The position numbers were made by a program, and so were the translations under genes. This document shows positions 37,401 to 49,700 of a stretch of 64,000 nucleotides of DNA, one piece after another (position 1 is the stretch's first letter; every line of letters begins with the position of its first letter). The notes beneath the pieces are model-generated. The model ran no database searches, had not been told where the DNA came from, and saw nothing but the letters and a program-made list of their open reading frames with translations. The DNA comes from Massalongia carnosa (lineage: Eukaryota): contig OZ287082.1 of assembly GCA_965645245.1 (NCBI GenBank), positions 1,302,001 through 1,366,000 on the forward strand. The letters are read 5' to 3'.

Positions 37401-40400
37401 ATCAATGGGACCATAAGACGTCTTGTTGGGCGGAGACACGAGCAAATTGGAACCTAAGACACCGGAGATTTCCTCGCCATCCATTACTAGGCGCTAGGGC
37501 GTATGGCGATGGTCCTCTCGGCTTGAGCTGGCGTAATAAACTGATACTGAGTGAGGTTAAATGGGTAGAAGAACTAATTGTAAAATGCCTTGTCGCCCTT
37601 CAAAGCCTAAGTTTCTGACTATTGCTCTAGGTATCCGAGTCGGTTCCCTTATTCCCAGCAGTGCTTTTGGTCATGCTACTCGAGGCAGCAAGACAGGCCA
37701 AAGATTATCCACATCTTCGGTCTTGTACTATTGAGCTTGTCAGTTTGATTTTTGTTGACACTGAACTGGACATGGCACCTAGTTCTAAATACGGCCAGAT
37801 TGAAACGATTCTAAATCTCCGGCCCAACGATGACAACTCGGCTTTTCAAGTCGAAATCTTGATTACACCCGATGGGTCGGACTCTTCGTGGAAGAAATGC
37901 TGCACGGCCGATTTGAGATTCATCGCACAAAAACACCCCCTTGTGGAAAAGCTAGGTGACCTTGTTGAACACGATGAAGCGTTGAGTGAACAGATCAAAA
38001 TTCTACGCCCGCCATTAGTTCAGGGGATACAAAACCTGCAGCTAGGAAGGAGCTTCGCTAAAGGTTATATGAATCAACGCAACGTGGATGATGACTATCT
38101 CATGGATGGGAATATAGCTGCATTGCTATTCAAGATCTCACAAACCTTGATGCTTGCGTCGGGGCCCCTTGCAAAGTTCCGTACATATCGTATAGACCAC
38201 CTGGAGTTAACGCAAACTAATTTTCGGCCTGATGCTACTGAGTTCTACGCATCAACAACAAGACTCAGTCCAATCAAGGGTCTTTCTAGTATCTACATCC
38301 TCGATGTCAATGGTATCTGGATTGACTGCCAAAAGCTGGAAACACAAGTGCAAAACATATGCCAGGCACCCCCCCGGCTAGAGTCACTTTTCTTCAAGCC
38401 GCGGATTCTTTTGGATGTGAGCCAAATGCAAACGTCTCATCCACTCAACATATACGAGGCCCTTGAGCTTGTCACTCATAAGTGGCCCATGAGTGACATT
38501 GGCGCCATCGAAATCTCAAACAACGATGTCGATATCATCCGATCGTGTTTGAACGCTGATAAAATTGGCGCAAGACTGTGTTTCCGCTCAATCAGTCTGC
38601 TGCGACCCAAGTCAGACAGGAACTTACGACGTACCAAAATAGTCCAAAGCTTTAAACAAGAGCAATTTCACCTCATCCTCGGCGAAATGCGTCACGTTAT
38701 CTTCCACATCTCGTCCCTCACGCAATACGGGCTCGTTTGTGCCAAGCTAAAGTCGGAAAGCGATCGGGACTTGCTTGGTCGCCACCTCGACTTCATCTGC
38801 GATGTTCGAGGGCTGACTTCCCAAGGGTGGATCCTTGGTCGCCCAAAGCCTTGGAAAGACTTGGCTCTCCCTAATCATTCCTTGAGAATCCTTACTACCA
38901 AAGAATATACTTTCAGGGACTCGTTCCAGCATCGGCCTTTCGACCTCACAGTTATGGAGCCTGGAATGCCTCTCACAGCTTTACAGGTGGAAGCCTGGAA
39001 GTCTAATGATATTATAGTCATGGACGTTGGGATTAGATCTGTTCTAATAGATTGGACCGGGAACTGTTTGCTGCCTTGGGTAAAAGCTCTTATTAAGCAT
39101 GCAAAAAATTTGTTGTGGGTCACCCAAAAAACCAGCGATGATCCATTCAACAGCGTAGCGGGAGCGTTCATCAAGACGATCCGCTCGGAGCAGCCTACGA
39201 TACAAGCTAGTAGTGTGGTAGTACAGGATTCGATTGATCTTTCAAGTGTCAATGGCTTGATCTCCAATGTCTTTGACAGGATCGTGACTGGCCATATCGA
39301 GGGAGAATATATTGTTCGGGATTCTAAGGTCCATATTCTTCGATATCATCCTGACGATGATCTAGCTGCTTCTGTCGGGGTAGTCCCATACCATTGGTCA
39401 ATCGCTGCGCTTAATGACAACTTCTATACAGTCTCAATCGCAGCAGTCAAGCAAGCACTTATTTTCTCGAGTGGACATAGGCCATCAGCAAAAACTTTGC
39501 ATGGTTCTGTTTGGGTCCGCGTTAATGCTTCTGTCATCGATCATTGGGATAATGCTCAATTTATGGGCCATGCAAACTCACAAGTTCAGGAGCAAGGGGT
39601 TGGTCAATTTTTCTGCGGAACATTTTTGTCAGGTGCTAATTGCGCCTTCAAACCGGGTAACACGGTGGTTGGCTGGCTACCTGAAGCCCACAAGTCACAT
39701 TTGCTTGTACCCATTGGACAGCTGCGTCTACTACCTAATGTGATGGCAGAAACTGATGCATTGGCATTTTGTGCAGTATACTCCACGGCTCTAGCTATAT
39801 TGCAAAGCATAGGGAAGCATTCGTTCGACAAGGCGTTGGACATTCAAGTGTCTGGAGTTCTTGGAGAAGCATTGGTCAAGCTTTGTCAAGCTCGAGGCAT
39901 TCGAATTTGCGATGACAGAACATGCGGGCCTGCCTATATCTTGGCTTTCGATCAACAATCTGGCTTCAACGTAGATGGAAACCCAATATCATTGGCTGGT
40001 CGTACAATGTCCCATCTACTAGCCGAATCGTTATCAATGATGACCGAAGAAAGGTTTCGCTTGCAGGAAGCTCCGCAGTGTTTCAATCTCTCTGAGACTC
40101 AAACAGCATTCGAGGTTGCATCGTCGCATCTGCTTTCTACGGTTCTTGTTCATTCTGGCAAAGATCAGCCTCTCGAGCATGTCATACAAGCTTGCCCTGA
40201 GCAGGTGCTTTTTCGGGACGATGGCTGGTATATTCTCGCCGGTGGCCTTGGGGGTTTAGGACGATATCTAATGAAATGGATGGCTTTCAAAGGAGCAGCA
40301 CATTTTTTGATTCTGAGTCGTTCAGGACACGTCACAGAGTTTGCCGAATCAACTATCCAAGCGGTTCAGCATCTCGGTGCACAGATCAAGGTCGTTAAAT

Positions 40401-43400
40401 GTGACACGTGCGATTCAAGAGCAGTCACAGATGCTTTTGTAAATGCAAGAAAATCCCGACCTATTCGAGGGTGTTTAAACCTGGTCCTTCAGCTGGCCAA
40501 TTCACCCTTAGATACCATGACATCAGAGCAATGGGACGCAACTCTGCAATCAAAAGTGAGATCCAGTTGGAATCTCCATCAAGCGACGCTTTTCGACGGT
40601 CTTGATATGTTCATCATGTTTTCCTCTATTTCTTCGATTTTGGGAAACAGGACACAAGCAAATTACGCAGTTGGCAACGCCTTTCAAAACTCTCTTGCAG
40701 AATATCGAAAATCAATTAGCCTGCCTGGAATCGCCATAGCTTTGGGGGCCATGTGCGATATCGGCGTACTTTCAGAAAATAAGGACCTCTTGCAAACACT
40801 TCGTAAAAGTGGCATGTTATCCCTGAAACCCGACAAATTGCTTAAGATCTTCGAGGCGGCCGTTCTTGAGTCACGTTCAATCAACAGAACACTTTTGGTC
40901 ACGGGGCTTGAGATGTTCAAAAAGCTTGACGGGACTGTACAGTCATCTCTGGCGCAAAATCAAATATTCTGGGCCGACTGGCCCGAATTTGGAGGGTTGT
41001 TCGATCATGAGTCCAGCATTACGGAGGTCAAATTACTTACGTTACTACAGCGCCTTGAAACATTGGAACTCGAGAAGGCCCACGAGGTCCTATGCCGCGA
41101 GTTCGTTATCTGCCTCGGAAATCTCTTGGGTACAGACACGTCAGATATTGATCTGACAGCTCCCTTGGCTTCGTATGGTTTGGACTCTCTCAATGCGGTC
41201 TCTTTTAGATACTGGTTTTTCAAGCGTGAGCAACGAGTTGATACCCATCACAGAGGACATAGGTACTAACGATAGTGTAGAGCTTGAGGTCGACGTGGCA
41301 GTTTTTGATATACTAGGGTCTAAATCGGTGCATGACCTGGTTACGAGAGTATTAGCCAAACTGAGCATAAAGCCGCAGGTCACCCAAAATATTATTTTAC
41401 CGAAGCCTATTCGACATGATAAACGCTCTCTTCAGATTCGACCTATCTCTCATTCTCAAAATCGATTGTGGTTTCTCCATAATTATCTGTCTGATAAGAC
41501 AGTCTATAATCTGCTTCTTGTGTGTCGTATGTCTTCAAAACCTGATGTTGTTCGATTTGTCAAAGCTTGGTCCATCTTCATGCGTCGACACGAGATACTC
41601 CACTCATGCATATGCGAGACCGCGGAAGGTTGGCAGCAAGTTCTTTTGGAGAAGTTTGCCTTTCCACTCAAGGTTGTTGAGGCCACATGTGCGGACTTCC
41701 ACGGGCAAGACCAAGAGATAAAACGCGCTGCCAAAGACTACGAGTTCAACCCAGGATCTGGTGACGTCATTCGTGGTTGGCTACTAATATCTGACAGCCA
41801 ATATCGCTTCTATTTGGCTTCCCATCACATGGTATGGGATCGGGCTTCGGTGAAGACGATTTTCAAAGAGACTTCTACTATTTACAAGGCTCTTATGTGT
41901 GGAGAGGCACCGGAAACCTATCTCGACCCTGTTCCCTATCAATTCGTCGATTATGCTATTTGGCAAAAGGAATGCATGGCACAAGACTCTCTAACACAGT
42001 TTCACCTGGACTACTGGAAGCATCAGCTTGCAGGGGCACCTGAGGCTGTGTCCCTTCTGCCTAATGCCGTCGCAGATACGAGACCTCTCACTAAACAACA
42101 TAGCAGTAGTACAGTCATGGTGCAGTTCAATTCCACCAAAACTCTTTCTTTGAAGGGCCTATGCAAGGCAAACGCTGTCACTCCCTTCATGCTTATGGTG
42201 TCTACCCTGAGTGTGCTTATTCATCGATTGACTAATGACACTGATATCATTATTGGTATTGCTGATGGAGACAGAGGTCACCCGGAATTTGACAATCTCG
42301 TTGGTTTCACCGTTAACATGTTGGCAATTCGTTGTAAAGTTGACCCTAAGTCCTCATACGCGACTGTTTTGGAGCAACATCGGAAGGTTTGTTTCGAAGC
42401 TTACGAACATCGCTCAGTGCCATTTGAGTATCTATTGCAGAAATTAGACGTACCGCGGCGGTTGAGTCATAGTCCAATTTTTCAAGTCACTGTGAATTAT
42501 CAGATGGAAGGAGCCTTCCCCCAATGCGATTATGGAAATTTCAAGTTCACAGAATATGAGCATTTCAATACAAATTCTCAGTCGGATTTTAGTCTAGATA
42601 TTGAAGAAACCACCACTGGCGAATACAGTTTTACTTTTACGTACGATACTTCTTTATATGCTGCTGCTGCGATTCACGATCTTGCTGAGCGGTTCACAAC
42701 CTTGACGGACAGTATACTCGAGACAAACGCGAGTTCGTCAATCGAGACTCTGAATCTAATGACAGAAAAGGATCAAGAACTGATGGCCGCTTCACTTCGT
42801 CCCGTGTTTGACCAGCAATTTTCGCTCGATGAGTTGAACCGAGACCTATTTCGCATCCTCTTTGAACGTGCGGTAGCCAAATATCCGCAAAAGACGGCAA
42901 TCATCGACGCTCACAGGGAGATCACGTATGCCGAACTCGATGCAATAACGACCCGAATCGCTCGATACTTGGTCCAATATGACATCCGTAAAGGTGGGCG
43001 CATTGGAGTATACTGTTTTCCAGGGTTAGACATGGTTCTAGCAATATATGGCATCCTCAGAGCTGGCTTTGCATACGTACCGCTTGACTCCGACTTTTCG
43101 GAGAATCGTGTAGATACAATAGTCGAAGATGCTAAAATAAGTGTTATCCTTACCGATGGTATAAACAAGCGCGAGCTCATCCGGCTTTCCGCGGCAGGAG
43201 TGACAATAACAAGTATATGTTATATCCTCAAATCCTTGACCCAGGTGAACGAGCGGGAGATTCAGCCATGCACTTGGCAGACAGGAGAATCGGAGACTTT
43301 CTGCTGCATCTATACCAGTGGGAGTACTGGCTGTCCTAAGGGCATAGAGATTGGCCACCAGCAGTTACGGTATCAAATGGAAGGCTACCACAAGTTCATA

Positions 43401-46162
43401 GGTACTGGCCAGTTCGATAGACTACTTCTGGCGTCGTCAATAACCTTCGACATGTCACTAACCTCCATATTTGGGACGATTCTGCATTGTGCGACTATGG
43501 TAGTTGCTCCCAGAGAAGGTACCGACTCTTAACTTATTCAAGATTTCAGGATGATATATGAAGTTGACATACTAATAGCGCGACTTTCTTCTATCGAAAT
43601 GATCGACTTCGTGGTAAAAAATGGCGTCTCCAGTTGCACACTCACGACAACCCAGCTGAAGATGCTTCTGTCGTCGCCTGTCAGAGATCGTCTTTCGAAA
43701 TGGACTTCATTGCGAAGCATAGTCATTGGAGGAGAGAAGATACCTCCTTGGGTTATCAGAGACTTTTACAGTCTCGGACTTGATAATGCATCAATCTTCA
43801 ATGGCTACGGGCCGGCTGAGAGTACTGTCTGCAATTCTTTGCGGAAGTATGTTTTCTTATAAATGTAATTTGGCGTAACTAAGAGCTGATGGAGAATAGA
43901 TTACATCTAGAGGATAGTGAAAGACCTAGAGTGCCCCTGGCGCCTCCCCTATTTCCTGCAAAGTTCTACATTTTAGACGAGCATTGCAATCCAGCGCCAA
44001 TTGGTGTACCGGGTGAACTTTACATTGGTGGCCCCACGATCAGCAAAGGCTACCTCAATCGGGCTGATTTGACTGAGGCAGCTTTCTTGAAGGCTTCATC
44101 ATTGCTCGGTCTGACGCATGAACAGGGCACTCTATACCGAACGAGAGACTCTTTCCGGCTAACGTATGATGGCACTTTGGAGGTGCTCGGTCGTGTGGTT
44201 GGTGATCGGCAAGTTAAGATTCGAGGAATCCGTATAGAGCTTGAAGAGATTGAGAATGTCATTTACCAAATTCTAAGGGACCCTAAAATCTTGGAAGTTA
44301 GTCAAGTATCTCTAGTCGCTGTCATTTATTACGATATCAATGGTATTGATGGCATTTTGGCTGCGTATCTGATGATAGAGGACGGCATACCCCACCAGGA
44401 TGATCAGCACAGTCTTCTAAAGGCCTGGCTTCGTTCCGCGGTCAGTACTTTATTACCTATACATATGCGGCCGAGTGCCTTCGTTGTTCTACACAATCTG
44501 CCGAAGACAAGTTCCGGAAAGATCGACTACCAAACAATGCTAACGTGGCCTCTCCCTGAGCCTGAAGCTGCAAATGGTAACACAACAGATCTCGAAACCT
44601 CTCTGAACAAGCTTCAAACGGAGATTGCTGGCGTGTGGAAATTGGTTCTTGGTCTAGACGGCAACCTGTCCCAGGACGACGATTTTTTTACAATTGGTGG
44701 CCACTCTTTGCTACTTATGCAAGTACAACACGAGATCAAGGAGCACTTTGGCGTCTCTATTTCACTCGGAGATATGTTCTCAAACCCAACGATTCAAGGA
44801 TTTGAGCGTCTCGTCGCGAGCCATCGGTATCCGCGCCATGGACTTGAATGCAATGGCCTACAAGCTGACGAAGTCAACAATTCAAATACAGCTCACATGG
44901 ATAACCGGCGTGATTTGGACGGAGTTGACGACTCTATCGACTGGGACGTCGAAACGTCTCTCCCTGATTTGATCAAGCCACTTGAGGGCATGCATAAGGT
45001 CGGATCGATGGCCAACATTGCAATCACAGGAGCCTGTACGATGACAGGCTCTCATTTCCTCGAGCACATCCTCTCAACAACTTCGGCTATGATCCATTGC
45101 ATCGCTACAGAAGGTGACGATACGAAACATGCACGTATTAACGTCCTTCGCAAGCTAGACCATTGGCAACTTCTACAACGCATTCCAGCACAAGATTTAG
45201 ATCGTCTAATCATATATTCAGGCAGTCTCTCGCACCCAACATTAGGCTTGACAGCTACACAAGTTGCACACCTCGATAAGGAAGTTGATGCAATATTCCA
45301 GCTAGACTCCGAAGTCTCTCTATTAAAACGATACGAAAGCCTTCGAGCCAGCAATGTCGACTCGCTTAAATTCCTGATATCGCTTGCACATAGCAAAGTC
45401 AACAATATCAAAGCCATTTATCACCTGTCCACATGGGCGGTTCCGCACCTACAATCATGGACGAAAACCAAGCTATCAAGCAACGATTTACTCACCCACG
45501 AAGTCGAGATGACCAATATCAAGCCCGGTAGCGATGGCACGCTGGGTTATCTAAAAGCTCGGTGGGTCTGCGAAGTCCTGCTTTATCGCGCTGCCCGCTG
45601 CGGAATCCCTGTGACAATCTTCCGCGCCTCGATGTGCGGCGGTTCATCCGTCATCGGCGTACCTCTGGATCGTACGGACATCAATCGCCGTATCTTGGAG
45701 ACGAGTTTGCAAACTGGTCTAGTCCCCAACTTTAGCAGCGCAGCTGGTGGCGGTATGAGCTGGATAAGCGTTGATTTTCTCGTTCGGAGCATTGTTTTCT
45801 TGTCGCAGCAACGGCAGCAGCAGCGACGCCAGCTGCTAGGTGAAGGTGCCGAGATTTACCACATTGTTGCGGATGAGCATATCCCATACACGAGCCTGCC
45901 GGACGTGCTGAATACGGGCTATGATGGAAGCCTGTTGCGATCGGCGAGTCCTGAGCAGTGGTTTGAGGCCTTAAGAGCTACTAGTAACAAGGAGATGGCG
46001 ATGCAGGCGGAGGTCCTGGAGCAGTGGGTGGAGGCGGGATGGGTACCTTTTCCTCTGCGTGCGGAGAAGACGAAGGCGCTTCTGAAGAAGGCGTCTATCG
46101 AACCTGCCAGCGTAGATCGCAAATTCTTGATGAGACTCGTGGTCGGGGACCAAGGGTTTTAG
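34409..46162 (+). CDS. Hybrid iterative PKS-NRPS: KS-AT-DH0-pseudoMT-ER0-KR-ACP-C-A-T-R*
   Basis: Nine GT-AG introns splice into one open frame. Motifs: KS DTACSS, HGTGT, GHLE; AT GHSSG, AYHS; KR GGLGGLG, QANYAVGN; ACP GLDSL; C HHMVWD; A YTSGSTGCPKG, FDMS, NGYGPAE, QVKIRGIRIEL, PKTSSGKID; T GGHSL; then a terminal SDR-fold domain. Confidence 0.96.
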
Positions 46163-46742
46163 CTGTAGCACGACGGCGCTACCATTTCCTGTGGAGTTGG
46201 AGTCTGGGTTCAGTATATTGGAACTGTGACTTCAACAGGCGGAATGTTGGGACTGGGCAATTGATGTAGCTAGTTCGCCAAACGAGCAAGAGACTGAGAA
46301 ACGATTGATTTTCCATCACTATCTAGAGTAAAATAGCTTCTACTTATGCCCGTTATTCGGTCATTTTTAAAGTCTTCATTTTTTTTGATGCGACTTCTGA
46401 CTTCATACAAATTTGTCATCGGTATCGACTTCTTTTCTCAAAATAAATGCAAAGTATTTTGTCAGTTAATTTCGATATTAAATATCGAACCGTAATAACG
46501 AAAAACTTGAACTGTCCTGTCGTTAATTTTCGAAACAATGCTTACAAGCGTATATCTACCCAATATCGACCAATCTAGGCATACTGCGGATAATTCTAAG
46601 CATTTTGAACATTACTTTGCAGTCGTACTAGCCCATTTCCCCTCATTTTCCTATAATCTATGCTTATGCCGCTGAACTGACCCTAGACCCCCTAGCTCCA
46701 GGAGAAGATCGAAAAAATACCAACTCAACTTCGATGAAAAAG

Positions 46743-49700
46743 TGTCAAACCTGAATGCGGTCGATTCTCATCGCCGATCCTCGACCCCCTGTCGCGGCAG
46801 ATGCCGCTAAGACTACGCCATTTCTTTCCCACCTTTACCCCTCAATTTGCCGGGGTTGATATCGTTGCCGCCATGACCCCTTTTCCCTTCTATATAGGTA
46901 GCTAGATGTGGAATACAGTCTTTTCATCCTTCCTGAATCCATGTAATTGGTCAGAAAGGTTGACAGTTATGAGCCCGGGTTAGCTGAATTTTTCGCTGCC
47001 TTCATCTTATCTTTAGTTATTGGTAAGCTGATTTATCGCTGACTTCATCGACCCCGAAATATCCTAGGCTGAGTATCGCCACCGGAATTATCGTATCTTT
47101 CATGGAGCATCGCAGAGTTGATTTATTCCTCGTGCTTCTGTTTTCCTTTGCCTTTTTGGTCGTTTCCCTGTTTTTCCCATCTGTCTCCATCATTGGTCGG
47201 TTATCCCAAATGGAAGACTCGTCGTCGGGATCGTCTCGGAAACTCATCGTCTCGGCTCTGACGCCTAGGACCTACAATTCCTGGTTGTCGGAAATCAAGG
47301 GTATCGCGGTACGATCTCAGGTATGGGAGTACGTCGATCCGGAAGGAGCAGAGTCGGAACCTACCATTCCCAAATTTCCCAAATACAGTGATTACGTCAA
47401 AGTCGTCTCGGCAAATACGCCTGGCACTGATTCTACCAATACCCCTACGCCTGCTATTGTCGCTTCTCAAGGTTCTTCTCAAGGGACAGTTCTCGGCGAT
47501 TCAAATGGCCCGCCGGTCCTGATTCCCGAACCATGTTCTCGGTATGCCGATCTCTCGGAATCACAGAAGGAGTCGTACAACGCAGATGAACGGTCACATC
47601 GAGGGCTTCAGGCAGATGCCAGGGCCGCAGCCATGGGAATTGAGAAGGTTCATACGATCATCCTGGAGTCGGCTAAAGATTATGTCGCCAGGAATGTCAG
47701 ATCATCCTCGGTTCGAGAAATTCTTCAGTCCCTGGCCCACAAATTCAAAAAGAATCCGGACGAAGTTCAAAGGCAGATCGATCGTCAATACGACGAGTTA
47801 AGAAATTCTCACCCGGTGAAAGGAAAGATCGAATCCTGGATCTGCCAATGGGAAACGCTGAGGGAAGAAATCGTTGCTTTGAAAGTTGAACCCATCTATA
47901 GTGAGTATATCTACACTCAGCACTTTCTGAAAGCCGCTCGGACATGGGCACCATTCTTTTGCGACACCTGGATCAAGATACGAAATGTATCAGGTCGTCC
48001 CCTTAAATTCTTCGAGGCCGCCAATGAGTATCGGACCGAGATAGAAGAAAATGCAATCAGCACTGGTCGTCGTCAGCAGCTCTCGGCGAATTCCGCTTCT
48101 CTGCAAGGACAGTCTTCTTCCGATCAGGGAAATTCCACTTCCGACGATAGCAAGTACGGCAATAACGAATGCCTTTGCGGCGAAACTCACTCCTGGAAAA
48201 GATGCCCTTATTTGACAGTCGAGTCTAGAATCTCGGGATGGAAATTCAATAAGGAGATACGCGACCACATCCGACAGAAAATCGAGTCCAATTCCAAGCT
48301 TTATTGGTATGTCAAACGCGCCGCTACATCCGACATTCTCAACGGCATCTCCGAGCCTGATGAACCTTTGAAACCTCGATATCGAGGAAGAGGTGGAGGT
48401 CGAGGGGGTCGCGGAGGTGGAGGTCGTGGCCGAGGCAATGGCAATGCTCCCGCCGAGCTCCCTGTTGTCGAGAATGCTCCAGTCTCTTTTGGAAATACGA
48501 TCCCGGATCGCGACAATCTGCTTCATCTCAGTGTCTCCTACGACTCGGGATGCTCCAATCATCTGACCTGGGACAAATCCCGGTTTATTGACGAAATCAT
48601 CCCGGCATACGAACGGGTCTCGACTCCCGACGGAGATCTCCTTGTTGAAGGATTTGGGACGATGCTAGTAAATGGGACACTAAATGGGAAGAATCAGCCA
48701 CTGCATTTTCAGAATACGGCCTATGTCCCCGCTTCCTCGGTGACTCTGATTTCGGTCAGCAAGTTGAAAAAGAAAGGATTCCTTTGGAATATGCATACGG
48801 ACAGGATTGAAAAGAAAGGCATTCCAATCTTCGAATTGGAAGAGCACTTTGGTCTCTATACCGTCGAGTATCATCCAGTTGGTCATGCCGGTGCTTTCGC
48901 AAATTTCGTCGGTTCCCGAGTCTCGGCAGATGCCATCCTAAAAGGCACGCCATGGAAATTTCATCTCCGCCTAGGACATTGCCAACCGGAAGTCAATAAC
49001 CAGTTGTCGAATCAGAAGATGATCGAGATTTCAAGAGGTGACAGTGGTCAAGATGCTCCAAAGACAGTGAAATGTGAGACGTGCGCATTGTCAAAAATGC
49101 ATACACTAGTATCAAGAGTCTCGGCTACTAAAGCCACTAAACCATTCCAGCGTCTTCATTTTGACCTCATTATTTTGAAAAGGACTGCTTTCGATGGGAC
49201 CACCTGCGTCGCTCATTTTCAGGATGATTTCACCTCGTTTCATTGGGTCTTCCCCCTGCAAGATCATAAGCAGGAGATACTACTTCGGATTGTCAAGCAT
49301 GTCATAAATCGGTGCGATCGACTCGGAGCCGAATTCGGTCTTTTCATTCAGACCTTGCGAATGGATCAGGAAACGTCAGTTGGAGACGTCATTCAGGACT
49401 TCGTCGAGGAACAGGGAATCGCGTTTGAATGGTCCGCAAAGCATACTAAGGAGCAGAATGGGTCGGCTGAGAGGGCAGGAAGCCTTTTGACTCAGAAGGC
49501 TAGATGCATTCGCATCGGCGCCGATTTGCCAGAAGATCTGTATCCCGAGTGCTATCTCGCTGCTGGACACTTGCTAAATAGAACGCCGATAAAAGGCCTA
49601 GATTGGAAATCGCCTCACATCTCCCTGCACCGAGCCCTGAAGAAGCCATACAATTCCGAAATTGGTCATCTCAAGGTCTTTGGGTGCAAGGCATACCCAC

